Shown piece by piece: positions 35,078 to 44,406 of a stretch of 64,000 nucleotides of DNA (position 1 is the stretch's first letter; each line of letters begins with the position of its first letter). The notes beneath the pieces were generated by a model. The model ran no database searches and had not been told where the DNA came from. It saw only the letters and a list, made by a program, of their open reading frames with translations. A program made the position numbers and the translations under genes. The DNA comes from Verrucomicrobiota bacterium (GTDB taxonomy: Bacteria > Verrucomicrobiota > Verrucomicrobiia > Opitutales > JAKPNF01). The stretch lies in NCBI GenBank assembly GCA_029548565.1, contig JAKPNF010000079.1, positions 2,101 through 66,100 of the forward strand, written 5' to 3'.

Positions 35078-37242
35078 ACGCGATCCTCCTGTTTCACGCC
35101 CCATTGGCGAACCTCGGGTTCAAGTTTGATACCGTGACGTTTCAAAATTTCCGCCTGCACGCGGCGGGCGAGTTTCAAAATTTCATCCGCCCGCGCGCCT
35201 CCGGTGTTCACCAAAAAATTCGCGTGCATGGGCGAGACGAGCGCCTTGCCCTCGCTCCAGCCTTTTAATCCCGCCTGCTCGATGAGCCGGCCTGCGAAAT
35301 CGCCGTCGGGGTTTTTGAAAAAACTGCCCGCGCTCGGGTCGCGTGGCTGACTGTCGCGGCGGCGCTTGGAAAATACCTCCATGCGCGCGCGCAGCTCGGC
35401 GGGGTCGGCGCGCTGGGCGCTGAAAAATTCCGCCCTAAGTGCGATCGCGTTTTCCAGCTCGGGGCAATTGCGGTAGGCGGGGTGCATGTCCTGCGCTTTC
35501 AAGGTACGCAGATTGCCGTCGTTGCCCATCACTTCGACTTGCGTGAGATGCTTAAAGATCGTGTTGCCGTTGGCTCCTGCATCCATACGCAACGCCCCGC
35601 CGATGTTGCCGGGGATGCCCTCCAATTCTTCAAAGCCCGCGATGCCCGCCGTTGCGGCCTGCCCGCATAATGTTTTTAAACGCACGCCCGCGCCCGCGAC
35701 GATGCGGCCGTTGTCCGCGATCTGTAGTGTTTCAAAAAATGGTTTGGACAGGCGGATGACCAAGCCGTCAACGCCCTCGTCGGCCACCAGCACATTGGAA
35801 CCGCGACCCAGAGCAAAAATTTCCAGCGCGTTTTCTTTGGCCAGCAGCAGCAACTCGCGCAGTTGTTCGATATTTTCCGGCTCCGCGTAAAAGCGCGCCT
35901 TTCCACCGACGCGCAATGTTGTTTTGTTGCGCAGCGGCTCGTCGCAGCGCACCCAGGGGGGCAGCGGCTTTTTCAGACAGCGGCAGTGGCGCGCGTGCGC
36001 GAAAGTGTGCGCCAGATTTTCAATGTCGCCCGCGCCCACAAAGACGAGCAGCGTCTCGCCGTCGTGTTTTTTAAAATCATCTTCAAATAACTGAAAGGCG
36101 TCTTGCGGTGTCACTTCCTCAAGCGCGGTGCCGCCCTTCCATTTTTCAACGATCGCGCGGTGCGTGCCGTCCGCAAGCGGCGGCTCGCTCGCCGCGTACA
36201 CGGGGAGCAAAAAAACCTTGTCCGCCGCCGCAAACGCCTGCGCAAATTCACGGGCGTACTGGCGCGTGCGCGTGTAGCGGTGCGGTTGAAACACGCAGCA
36301 CAGCCGCGCCGTTTCATGGCGGCTTTTCAAGGCGCGCAAGAGCGCGGAAATCTCCGTGGGATGGTGCGCGTAGTCGGCCATCACCGTGAGATTTTTTTCC
36401 TTAAATAAAACATCCTGGCGACGGCGGATGCCGGGGAAATCTTCCAATGTCTCAACAGGTGGCGCGCTTTCGCACAGCAGACGCGTGGCGACCAAAGCGG
36501 CTTGCAGGTTGCTCGCGTTGAAATCCTCGGCGTTTTCAAAGGTCAACACCTCGCAGCGCGCAGCTTTCGCGATTTCCCCGAGTTTCGGGCAATTTTTCGG
36601 GATGATGACCGCCCGGGTCGTTCGTTTAAAAAGCGCCTCGAACATGGCCGTGAGCGCCGCCTCGTCGCGGTAACGGTCGGGATGGTCCCAGTCGAAATTG
36701 AGCGCCACGGTCACGGCGGGGCTGAAGCGCTCGATCGTTCCGTCGCTCTCGTCGATTTCGGAAACAACCCAGCGCGCCTCGGGGTCGAATCGCGCCGGCG
36801 GCAGCGACTCGTCGTTATAAAGCCCGCCGATCAAGTAGGAGAAAGGAAGGTCTGTTTTTTCGAGCAGGTGCACGAGCATCGCGGTGGTCGTCGTCTTGCC
36901 GTGCGAGCCGACCACGGCCACCAGCGGCAAATTCTCCACGCATTTTGCCCAGCACTCCCCACGGCGGAAAATCTCCAGTCCGCGCGCAAGCGCCTGCGCG
37001 TACAGCGGATGGTTTTTGGCCACCGCGCTGGAATACACGAGCGTGTCGCAGTTTTCAGGAATCTGCTCGTAGCGCCCGCAAATGACGCCCGCGCGCGTGA
37101 GAAAAGCGCGCGAGGCGGGCGATAAATTATCGTCGTGCCCGCACACGGCGTAGCCGCGCCCGCGCAGATAGATCGCCAGCGGCGCCATTCCCATGCCGCC
37201 GATGCCGATCATAAACACGTTGCGCTGTGCGAGGGTGCCCAT
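35074..37242 (-). CDS. murC/murB: Bifunctional MurC (UDP-MurNAc--L-Ala ligase, N-terminal) / MurB (UDP-GlcNAc-enolpyruvyl reductase, C-terminal) fusion
   Basis: N-terminal half: FMIGIGGMGMAPLAIYL and P-loop VVGSHGKTTTTAM. C-terminal ~280 aa: LRNKTTLRVGGKARFY, LGRGSNVLVAD, PSAGSFFKNP. One uninterrupted 722-aa frame. Confidence 0.88.
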   Translation of the reverse strand: MGTLAQRNVFMIGIGGMGMAPLAIYLRGRGYAVCGHDDNLSPASRAFLTRAGVICGRYEQIPENCDTLVYSSAVAKNHPLYAQALARGLEIFRRGECWAKCVENLPLVAVVGSHGKTTTTAMLVHLLEKTDLPFSYLIGGLYNDESLPPARFDPEARWVVSEIDESDGTIERFSPAVTVALNFDWDHPDRYRDEAALTAMFEALFKRTTRAVIIPKNCPKLGEIAKAARCEVLTFENAEDFNASNLQAALVATRLLCESAPPVETLEDFPGIRRRQDVLFKEKNLTVMADYAHHPTEISALLRALKSRHETARLCCVFQPHRYTRTRQYAREFAQAFAAADKVFLLPVYAASEPPLADGTHRAIVEKWKGGTALEEVTPQDAFQLFEDDFKKHDGETLLVFVGAGDIENLAHTFAHARHCRCLKKPLPPWVRCDEPLRNKTTLRVGGKARFYAEPENIEQLRELLLLAKENALEIFALGRGSNVLVADEGVDGLVIRLSKPFFETLQIADNGRIVAGAGVRLKTLCGQAATAGIAGFEELEGIPGNIGGALRMDAGANGNTIFKHLTQVEVMGNDGNLRTLKAQDMHPAYRNCPELENAIALRAEFFSAQRADPAELRARMEVFSKRRRDSQPRDPSAGSFFKNPDGDFAGRLIEQAGLKGWSEGKALVSPMHANFLVNTGGARADEILKLARRVQAEILKRHGIKLEPEVRQWGVKQEDRV

Positions 37243-37244
37243 TT

Positions 37245-38348
37245 TTAAAAATCAGCGTTTTTATTGGTTGCGATTTTTTCCAAATCGTCCGCGATCTGCG
37301 CGGCGGGGTCGTCCCTGTCCAGGCGCTCCATGTTCTCGCGCAGTTTGCCAAGCATCCAGTCGTTGAAAACCAGATCCAGAATTTCCTTGAAAAGCCGGTC
37401 CATCTGCCGCGCGTTCACGCGCACCGCCGCGCCCTGGCGTTCGGCGAAATCGGCGTTGGCCTCCTGGTGATTGTCCGCCGCGTGCGGATAAGGCACCAAA
37501 ATCACGGGCAGGCGAAAGCGCATGAACTCCGCGATAGAGCCCGCACCCGCGCGCGAGAGCACGAGGTCTGCGGCCGACAGCAGCGCGGGCATGTCGTCGC
37601 AAAAATTGGAGAAGTAGGCCCGCCGCGCCACGCCGTCGCCCCCGCGCTTGACGATGATGCCCTGCCCGCCCTTGTTAAGCCCGGTCACGCAATAAACGGA
37701 GATCCCATCCTGCGCCAGACGAATGAAATTGGATGCCACCCAGTCGTTGAAACTGGCCGCGCCCTGGCTGCCGCCGAGCACCAGCAGCAGCTTGCCGTCG
37801 GCGCGGATGCCGAGCCTTTCGCGCGCCTGCTGTTTGGGCATGCGGCGCATTTCCTTGCGCAGCGGAAAACCACATTCGCGCAGGCGCTTGGGCGGCAGGC
37901 CGCGCAGCGAGACACCCGGCGGCACGTACACGCAGCGCGCCAGCCCGCTGAGCGAGCGGATCGCCCGCCCGGGCACGCGGTTGGCCTCGTGCAAAAAAAC
38001 CGGCACGCGCAAAAAGCGCGCGGCCAGCGAAAGCCCAACAGTGGTAAACCCGCCAAAGCCCACGACCGCCGCGGGTTTTAATCGGCGTAGCAGTTTTAAT
38101 GAAAACAAAATCGAATGCAACTGCCCCAACACAAAGCGCGGCGTTTTCAACACTCCCCACTGAAAACCGACACCCGGGGCGCTGACGAAATCAAGATGCG
38201 GGTATTTTGCGATCAGCCGCGAGTCCACTTTTTTGGAACTGACAATGAGCCTGCAAGTGTGCCCGCGCGCGATGAGCTGCTCGGCCAACGCGATGCCGGG
38301 GGCCAGATGCCCGCCCGTGCCGCCGCTGCTGATCAAAAAGGTGCTCAT
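37245..38348 (-). CDS. murG: UDP-GlcNAc:lipid I GlcNAc transferase
   Basis: ISSGGTGGHLAPGIALAEQL. Start set to Met at 38348 (ATGA overlap with the ftsW stop). The longer ORF to 38552 runs inside ftsW. Confidence 0.9.
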   Translation of the reverse strand: MSTFLISSGGTGGHLAPGIALAEQLIARGHTCRLIVSSKKVDSRLIAKYPHLDFVSAPGVGFQWGVLKTPRFVLGQLHSILFSLKLLRRLKPAAVVGFGGFTTVGLSLAARFLRVPVFLHEANRVPGRAIRSLSGLARCVYVPPGVSLRGLPPKRLRECGFPLRKEMRRMPKQQARERLGIRADGKLLLVLGGSQGAASFNDWVASNFIRLAQDGISVYCVTGLNKGGQGIIVKRGGDGVARRAYFSNFCDDMPALLSAADLVLSRAGAGSIAEFMRFRLPVILVPYPHAADNHQEANADFAERQGAAVRVNARQMDRLFKEILDLVFNDWMLGKLRENMERLDRDDPAAQIADDLEKIATNKNADF

Positions 38349-39490
38349 AGCTCGCGCGCGTGAATCGCAAGCGGGCGCGACCACTTGCGCATGCAGTTGA
38401 CGATGATGCCGGTGAGCAAAAACACCAGCACGAGGTTGGAGCCGCCGTAGCTGATAAACGGCAGCGACATGCCCTTGGTCGGGAACATTCCCGTCACCAC
38501 GCCCATGTTGATCACGGCTTGGCCGATGACGCACAGCAGCGCGCCGGTGCACAGCAAAAATTCAAAGAGGTTCGGCGCGTTTTTAAGCTGGCGGGCGACG
38601 GTCAAAAAATAAACCGCGAACAGCGCGACGATGCCGATCGTGCAAACCGCCCCCAGCTCCTCGCCGATGATGGGGAAAATAAAGTCCGTGTGCGCCTCGG
38701 GCAAAAAGGCCATCTGCTGGCGGCCCTGCCCCAGACCCACGCCGTCGACGCCGCCCACGCCGTACGCCAGCAGCCCCTGATGCAACTGGTAAGCGCTGCC
38801 CGCGCGGTTGGCCTCCACATCGAGAAACGAGGTGATGCGCTGCATGCGCACGGGATCCAGGTAAACGAGCGTGAAAAAGCCCACGATCCCCGCGATGACA
38901 ATCGGCGCCAAAAAGCGCACGCGCACGCCGCACAGGTACATCATCACAAAACCGATCGTGCCGGTGAGCGCCGCGGTGCCAAAGTCCGGCTGCAAGAGCA
39001 CCAGCCCCGCGACCATCCCGATCAGCACGCAGGGAATCACAAAACCCTTCCAAAATGTTTTGACGCCACGCTGGTTCAGGCACAAATAATGCGCCAGCAC
39101 AAACACCAGCGCGAGCTTTGAAAATTCCGAGGGCTGCAGGCGCATCGGGCCAAGATCGAGCCAGCGGCGCGCGCCGTTAATTTCCAGGCCGATGGACGGA
39201 ATTTTCACCAGCACCAGCAGCAGCACGGCAAACCCGAAGATCGGCCACACAAATTTGCGCAGCGCCTCCCAGTTGACAAAGGCCGCCGCCACGCCGCACG
39301 GCAATGCGATCAGCAGCCACAACAGTTGGCGGCGAAACGCGAAGTACGGGTCGCTCGAATTAAGCGAGCTGCCCGCGCTGGTCAACACCACAAGCCCCAG
39401 GATTGTCAGCGCCGCCGCGCACACCACCACCGCCAGCACGGGATTGACGGCACTGAAGTATCCTGAAAACGCTCGCAAGCGCGCCCGCAT
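38345..39490 (-). CDS. ftsW: SEDS-family lipid II flippase / peptidoglycan polymerase FtsW
   Basis: About 10 TM segments. PEAHTDFIF and LPFISYGGS motifs. Confidence 0.9.
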   Translation of the reverse strand: MRARLRAFSGYFSAVNPVLAVVVCAAALTILGLVVLTSAGSSLNSSDPYFAFRRQLLWLLIALPCGVAAAFVNWEALRKFVWPIFGFAVLLLVLVKIPSIGLEINGARRWLDLGPMRLQPSEFSKLALVFVLAHYLCLNQRGVKTFWKGFVIPCVLIGMVAGLVLLQPDFGTAALTGTIGFVMMYLCGVRVRFLAPIVIAGIVGFFTLVYLDPVRMQRITSFLDVEANRAGSAYQLHQGLLAYGVGGVDGVGLGQGRQQMAFLPEAHTDFIFPIIGEELGAVCTIGIVALFAVYFLTVARQLKNAPNLFEFLLCTGALLCVIGQAVINMGVVTGMFPTKGMSLPFISYGGSNLVLVFLLTGIIVNCMRKWSRPLAIHAREL

Positions 39491-39508
39491 TGACTTCGCA
39501 CACGCGCT

Positions 39509-40549
39509 TTACAGGGTTTCGACCGGAACCACCGGCGCGACGGCCGCTTCCTCCTCGACAACCTCCACGACCACGGGCGCCTCCTCGACGACCGGTTGCG
39601 CGGGAGCCGGGGCAGCAGGGGCCGCGGGGGCTTCCGGAGCCTTGGGCGCCTCGGGCGCGGGAGCCGCGGCAGCGGGTGCGGCGGGAGCCTGCGGGGCGGG
39701 CGTCACAGCGCCCTTGGGCAAATTGATTTTCTGGCCGATGCGCAGGCGACGCGAATCGACACCCGGGTTGACCGCCTGCAAGTCGGCGAGCTTGACGCCG
39801 TGCTTGGCGGCGACGCTGCCGAGCGTTTCGCCGGAGGCGATGATGTGCACGTCGCCCGTCGTGGGCGCGGCGGCGGCCGAAGCGGTCGGCGCGGAAGCGC
39901 CGCCCGAGGGAATCACGAGCTTCTGCCCCACGCGGATGACCGTGCCGGAAAGATTGTTCAAGCGCTGGATCGCGGCCACCGTGGTGCGGTGCTGCGTGGC
40001 GATCTTGGAGAGGCTGTCGCCGCGCTGCACGGTGTAGCTCGTCGTCTCGCCCTGCGGGGCGCTGACAGGTTCCATCACAGGCGCGGCAGCGGCGGTCGTT
40101 TGCGGCTGCACTGTGGCGCCCGCGGGAATCACCAGCGACTGGCCGACGCGCAGGGTGTCGGACAATTTCATGTTGTTGGCCGCGGCCAATTCCGCGACGC
40201 TTACGCCGTGCTTGGAGGCGATCTTGGAAAGGCTGTCGCCGCGCTGCACTTTATAGGTGCCCACTTGCGAGGGGACGGGCAGCAATTCCGTCTGCGCTAC
40301 GGGCGCGGCGGCCTCCGGCGTTTCCGTCCAGTTCGGGCGTGTGGGCGGCTGGTACTCGGGCACGACCGGCGCCGGATTCAAATCCGAGGGCGCCTGCATC
40401 GCTCCGGTGGCCGGCACCGTTGTGTCCTGCCCGACGATGACGGGTTCTTTGGTACTCTTGCAGCCCGGCTGCAAAAGGATGAAGCCTAAAACGGCCACGT
40501 GAACCGACACGACAAGCGCGAAGGTGATAGAGAGTTTGGATAGTTTCAT
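39509..40549 (-). CDS. Membrane-anchored triple-LysM peptidoglycan-binding protein with an Ala/Pro-rich acidic tail, embedded in the dcw cluster
   Basis: N-terminal TM ITFALVVSVHVAVLGFILL. Three LysM units: YKVQRGDSLSKIASKHGVSVAELAAANN, YTVQRGDSLSKIATQHRTTVAAIQRLNN, HIIASGETLGSVAAKHGVKLADLQAVNP. The tail is APAAPAAAAPAPEAPKAPEAP...VVEEAPVVVEVVEEE. Confidence 0.85.
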   Translation of the reverse strand: MKLSKLSITFALVVSVHVAVLGFILLQPGCKSTKEPVIVGQDTTVPATGAMQAPSDLNPAPVVPEYQPPTRPNWTETPEAAAPVAQTELLPVPSQVGTYKVQRGDSLSKIASKHGVSVAELAAANNMKLSDTLRVGQSLVIPAGATVQPQTTAAAAPVMEPVSAPQGETTSYTVQRGDSLSKIATQHRTTVAAIQRLNNLSGTVIRVGQKLVIPSGGASAPTASAAAAPTTGDVHIIASGETLGSVAAKHGVKLADLQAVNPGVDSRRLRIGQKINLPKGAVTPAPQAPAAPAAAAPAPEAPKAPEAPAAPAAPAPAQPVVEEAPVVVEVVEEEAAVAPVVPVETL

Positions 40550-40608
40550 GATGGTGATGTGTGTGCGTTGAAAAACAAAAGGTTATATCAGTCAAATGTA
40601 GTCGCGTT

Positions 40609-41892
40609 TCACGTCTGCTTCAAACCCAAAACGCAACTTTCAAAGTGCAGCCCGCGCTCGGCGTAATCGGTGTAGGCGTCGAAGCTCGAAAAGCCCGGGC
40701 TAAAGAGAACCTGCTCGGGCGCCCTGGCCGTTTCATGGGCGGCTTTGACGGCGCCGTCCAGCGAGTCAAAAACCTGTACGGGTTTGTTGACTTTTTTAAA
40801 ATACTTTTCAAGCGCGGCAGCGGTCTGCCCTGTCAGCAGCGCGACGCGGATTTTCGGGGCGATCTGCCTGACGAACGTTTCCAAATCCCCGCCCTTGGAT
40901 TTGCCCCCGCCAATCCAGATGACAGGCTCGTCAAAGGAGCGCAGCGCGGCCAGCACCGCGTGAAAATTCGTGCCTTTGGAATCGTTCCAGTAAGTCACCC
41001 CGTCGATCTCGGCCACCGGCGCGAGGCGGTGCTTGCGCCCCGTGAAATTTTCGGCGGTCTTTTCAAGCATGCGTAGCGGGAGCTGCTCGCTTTGCCAATA
41101 CTCGCGGGCGATCAGGTAATTTTCCTGCTGCGGGTAAGTCGTGAAATAACTTTTGGGCGATATCCATTCTTGCGCCCGCTGCCGCGTGATGACCTTTGTG
41201 TACGCGGGCAGCTCGTAGCCGAGTTTTTGCGCCCACTGGGCGACTTGCTCGCCCACGATCAGGCGCGGGCGGCGCAGGCGGCGTACGAGGTTGAACTTGG
41301 CGTCGAAGTACTCGCGCATGTTCGCGTAGCGGTCGAGGTGGTCTTCCTCAAAATTCGTCCACAAAACAGCCTGCGGGCGCAAAAATTTCAAATCCTCCGC
41401 CTGAAAGGAACTGATCTCGCACACGGCCAGCGCCGCGCGCGAGCGGGCGGACTCCGGCAAAAAGGACAGCGGGCGGCCGATGTTACCCACGGCCACGGCC
41501 TCCATCGCGCAACGGCGCAGCGCGGCCGCGAGAAATTCCGTAAGCGTCGTCTTGCCGTTGGTGCCGGTGACGGCCACCAGCATCCCGTGCCAAAACAGCG
41601 AGGCGAAATCCATTTCTCCCAAACACAGCGCACCGCAACGCCGCGCCAAGTCCAGCCACGGGTGTGACTGCGTAAAGCCCGGGCTGTAGACCACCAGGTC
41701 GTGCTGGCGCGCCTCGGCCTCGAAAAAGATGCGCCGCACACCGAACTCGTCCTTCGCGCCCTCGTCATAAACCACGCAGGCGACGCCGTAGCTTTTCAAA
41801 CACGAAACCACGGCACGCCCGCTCACGCCCAGGCCAAAAACGGCAACGGGGCGCTCGCAGCGGCGGCGGATGGCTTCGGGCAGCGTGTCCAT
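40609..41892 (-). CDS. murD: UDP-MurNAc-L-Ala--D-Glu ligase
   Basis: VAVFGLGVSGRA and P-loop AVTGTNGKTTLTE. Sits between mraY and ftsW. Confidence 0.9.
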   Translation of the reverse strand: MDTLPEAIRRRCERPVAVFGLGVSGRAVVSCLKSYGVACVVYDEGAKDEFGVRRIFFEAEARQHDLVVYSPGFTQSHPWLDLARRCGALCLGEMDFASLFWHGMLVAVTGTNGKTTLTEFLAAALRRCAMEAVAVGNIGRPLSFLPESARSRAALAVCEISSFQAEDLKFLRPQAVLWTNFEEDHLDRYANMREYFDAKFNLVRRLRRPRLIVGEQVAQWAQKLGYELPAYTKVITRQRAQEWISPKSYFTTYPQQENYLIAREYWQSEQLPLRMLEKTAENFTGRKHRLAPVAEIDGVTYWNDSKGTNFHAVLAALRSFDEPVIWIGGGKSKGGDLETFVRQIAPKIRVALLTGQTAAALEKYFKKVNKPVQVFDSLDGAVKAAHETARAPEQVLFSPGFSSFDAYTDYAERGLHFESCVLGLKQT

Positions 41893-41901
41893 TTTTTTTT
41901 G

Positions 41902-43005
41902 TTAGCGAATTTTCAAAGTGGCCAGTCCCGCAAGCGCGAAGACCAGTGAAATAATCCAAAAGCGGATGACGACCTTTGTCTCGGCCCAACCGCCCAGTTC
42001 AAAATGATGATGCACGGGCGCCATGCGGAAAAAGCGCCGGCCGGTGCGTTTGAAAACACCCACCTGAATGATGACGGACAACGCCTCCATCACAAACACG
42101 CCGCCCACGATGACCAGCGTGAAAGGCTGATGCACCAAAAAGGCGATCGTGCCGATCAGCCCGCCGAGCGCCAGCGAGCCGGTATCCCCCATGAACACCT
42201 CGGCCGGATGCGCGTTGTACCACAAAAAGGCCAGCCCCGCCCCGACCATCGCCGTGCAGATAACGGCCAGTTCCCCCGCCCCGAGCACATAGCCGATCAA
42301 AAGATAATCCGAAATGAGCACGTTGCCCGCGCAGTAGGCAAAAATGCCAAAGGCCATCGCCGCCGTCACCGTGCAGCCGATCGCCAGGCCGTCCACGCCG
42401 TCCGTCAAATTGATCGCGTTGGACGAGCCCGCCATCACGATAAAGAAAAACGCGCCCGCGATGACCACCGGCATCACCCACAAGGGATCAGGCCCCGACA
42501 TGAAGGGCACCCACAGCTCCAATAAATCGGCGCGCGTGCCCTTGTTTGTATAGAGCATCAGCACAGCAATAACTGTGAGCAGCGCCTGCCCCGCCAGTTT
42601 GAGGCGACCGGGCAATCCTTTTGAATTGCGTTTGGTGACTTTTAAAAAGTCATCGGCAAACCCGATGAGGGTCAATCCCAGATACACGACCAGACTCACC
42701 GCCACGAGCATCGTAGGCCGCGCCCACAACAGCGTGCTGAGCGTCACCGCGATAAAAATAATCCACCCGCCCATCGTGGGCGTCGTGTGCTTGCCGGCGT
42801 GCAAGTCGGCGAGTTTGCCCACCTCCTTTGCGTCACGAAAGGCCTGCTGCATTTTAAACAGCCGCAATTTCTGAATGATGAAGGGGCTGATAATAAACCC
42901 GATCACCAGCGCCGTGATCAGCCCGCCTGCGCAACGAAAGGACAGGTAGCGGAATAACCGCAACGGGCCGAAAAGGCTCTCATATTCTGAAAGGTAGTAC
43001 AGCAT
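41902..43005 (-). CDS. mraY: Phospho-MurNAc-pentapeptide translocase
   Basis: About 10 TM segments. GFADDFLKV, NAINLTDGVDGLA and MGDTGSLALGG motifs. Confidence 0.93.
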   Translation of the reverse strand: MLYYLSEYESLFGPLRLFRYLSFRCAGGLITALVIGFIISPFIIQKLRLFKMQQAFRDAKEVGKLADLHAGKHTTPTMGGWIIFIAVTLSTLLWARPTMLVAVSLVVYLGLTLIGFADDFLKVTKRNSKGLPGRLKLAGQALLTVIAVLMLYTNKGTRADLLELWVPFMSGPDPLWVMPVVIAGAFFFIVMAGSSNAINLTDGVDGLAIGCTVTAAMAFGIFAYCAGNVLISDYLLIGYVLGAGELAVICTAMVGAGLAFLWYNAHPAEVFMGDTGSLALGGLIGTIAFLVHQPFTLVIVGGVFVMEALSVIIQVGVFKRTGRRFFRMAPVHHHFELGGWAETKVVIRFWIISLVFALAGLATLKIR

Positions 43006-44402
43006 CAGTGGGCAGTGTTTTCCAAGAGTTCTTCAGGCAAAAGTTTTTCAAGCGCGACCGTGCGCGAGCCCTTGAAAAAGAGCGCGCCTTTGAAAGCGTC
43101 GACGACTGTTCGCGCTTCGGCCAGCGACGCCGCCGCTATCATTCGCGAAGGGGGATTGCCCGCCTTGAGCAGCCCTTGACAAATCGCGGCGGCGTGCTCG
43201 CCGACCGTCAACGCCAAATCTTGCGAACGCAGGCACAATTTTTCAACCGCCCGTTCATGCCACAGGGCGGCGTCTTCCCCCAATTCGCCCATCGAGCCGA
43301 TCACGTAAAGACGCGGTAAATTTTCGGACGCGAGAAATTGAAAAGCCTCCAGCGCGTCCATGAGCGAGGCGGGATTGGAGTTATAATAATCCAAATAATA
43401 AACACTGCCGCCAAACTCCCGCAGCTCGCCGCGCATGGCGGAGGCGCTCCAATTTTCGAGGGCGCTTTTTATTTGTTCGTCGCTACGGCCCAGATAACGT
43501 GCCGCGCTGATCGCCAGCGCCGCGTTGGCGGCAACACCCGGGCTGACGGGGCGCATGAAAAAGTCCGTGTGCGTGCCGCCGTTTTCCCACAGTTGCAGAC
43601 AGAGTTTTCCGTTTTCCAATCGCGTCTGATAAAAGCACGCGTGCGCGCCGTACATGTGAATTTCGTGCGGTTTTTCGCGGCAAAGCACCGTCAACGCGCA
43701 GGGAAACTGTTTTTGAAAGGCCGCGTGTTTCATAACGGACACGGGCACAAATCCCATGCCGCCGCGCCGCGTGTTTTCAAGCAGGGCCGCCTTTTCCCGC
43801 GCCACCGTTTCCAAATCCTTTAGCCGCTGCAAATGCGCGGGCGCCACGAGCGTGACGATGGAGACGCTCGGGTCTATCATGCGCGCAAGCGGCGCGATCT
43901 CGCCCGGGGCGCTCGTGCCCGCCTCGATCACCGCGGCGCTGTGCGCAACGGGGTCGATCTCCAGCAAACTCATCGGCACTCCGATGTGGTTGTTCAAATT
44001 CCCGCGCGTGGCGTAGGCGCTGTCGCCCAGCAGGTGTTTTAAAAGGTCTTTGGTGGACGTCTTGCCCGCGCTGCCGGTGATGCCGATGACCGGCTTTAAA
44101 AAACGCTCGCGGTGCGCCGAAGCGATAAGTTGAAAAGACTCCAGCACGTCGTCCACGATCAGTTGCGAAAGCCCTTCTATGTTCTGCGCCTTGCGCACAA
44201 TCGCGGCGACCGCGCCCTTGTCGCGGGCGGCCTGTAAAAATTCATGGCCGTCGCGCCCCGCCCCTTTGAGCGCGACAAAGCAGTCGCCTTTTTTCACCAG
44301 ACGCGAGTCAAACGCGAAGCCCGTGATCGGCTCCATGGGCTGGTGCGGCGACCATACGCCGCCCGTCCAGCCTCCCAATTCGCGTGCAAGGTAAGTGGGC
44401 AT
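43005..44402 (-). CDS. murF: UDP-MurNAc-tripeptide--D-Ala-D-Ala ligase
   Basis: P-loop GITGSAGKTSTKD. Start set to Met at 44402, 4 nt after the murE stop. The extension to 44522 overlaps murE. Confidence 0.88.
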   Translation of the reverse strand: MPTYLARELGGWTGGVWSPHQPMEPITGFAFDSRLVKKGDCFVALKGAGRDGHEFLQAARDKGAVAAIVRKAQNIEGLSQLIVDDVLESFQLIASAHRERFLKPVIGITGSAGKTSTKDLLKHLLGDSAYATRGNLNNHIGVPMSLLEIDPVAHSAAVIEAGTSAPGEIAPLARMIDPSVSIVTLVAPAHLQRLKDLETVAREKAALLENTRRGGMGFVPVSVMKHAAFQKQFPCALTVLCREKPHEIHMYGAHACFYQTRLENGKLCLQLWENGGTHTDFFMRPVSPGVAANAALAISAARYLGRSDEQIKSALENWSASAMRGELREFGGSVYYLDYYNSNPASLMDALEAFQFLASENLPRLYVIGSMGELGEDAALWHERAVEKLCLRSQDLALTVGEHAAAICQGLLKAGNPPSRMIAAASLAEARTVVDAFKGALFFKGSRTVALEKLLPEELLENTAH

Positions 44403-44406
44403 GGTT

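Noticed and set aside
38349-38552. N-terminal extensions of murG (to 38552), murF (to 44522), rsmH (to 49785), ftsL (to 48703), mraZ (to 49961) and ddl (to 35104) in the ORF track
   Set aside because: The extensions run through the upstream gene or promoter in another frame and have no similarity to the respective families. The internal Met starts give canonical N-termini and ATGA/short-gap junctions.
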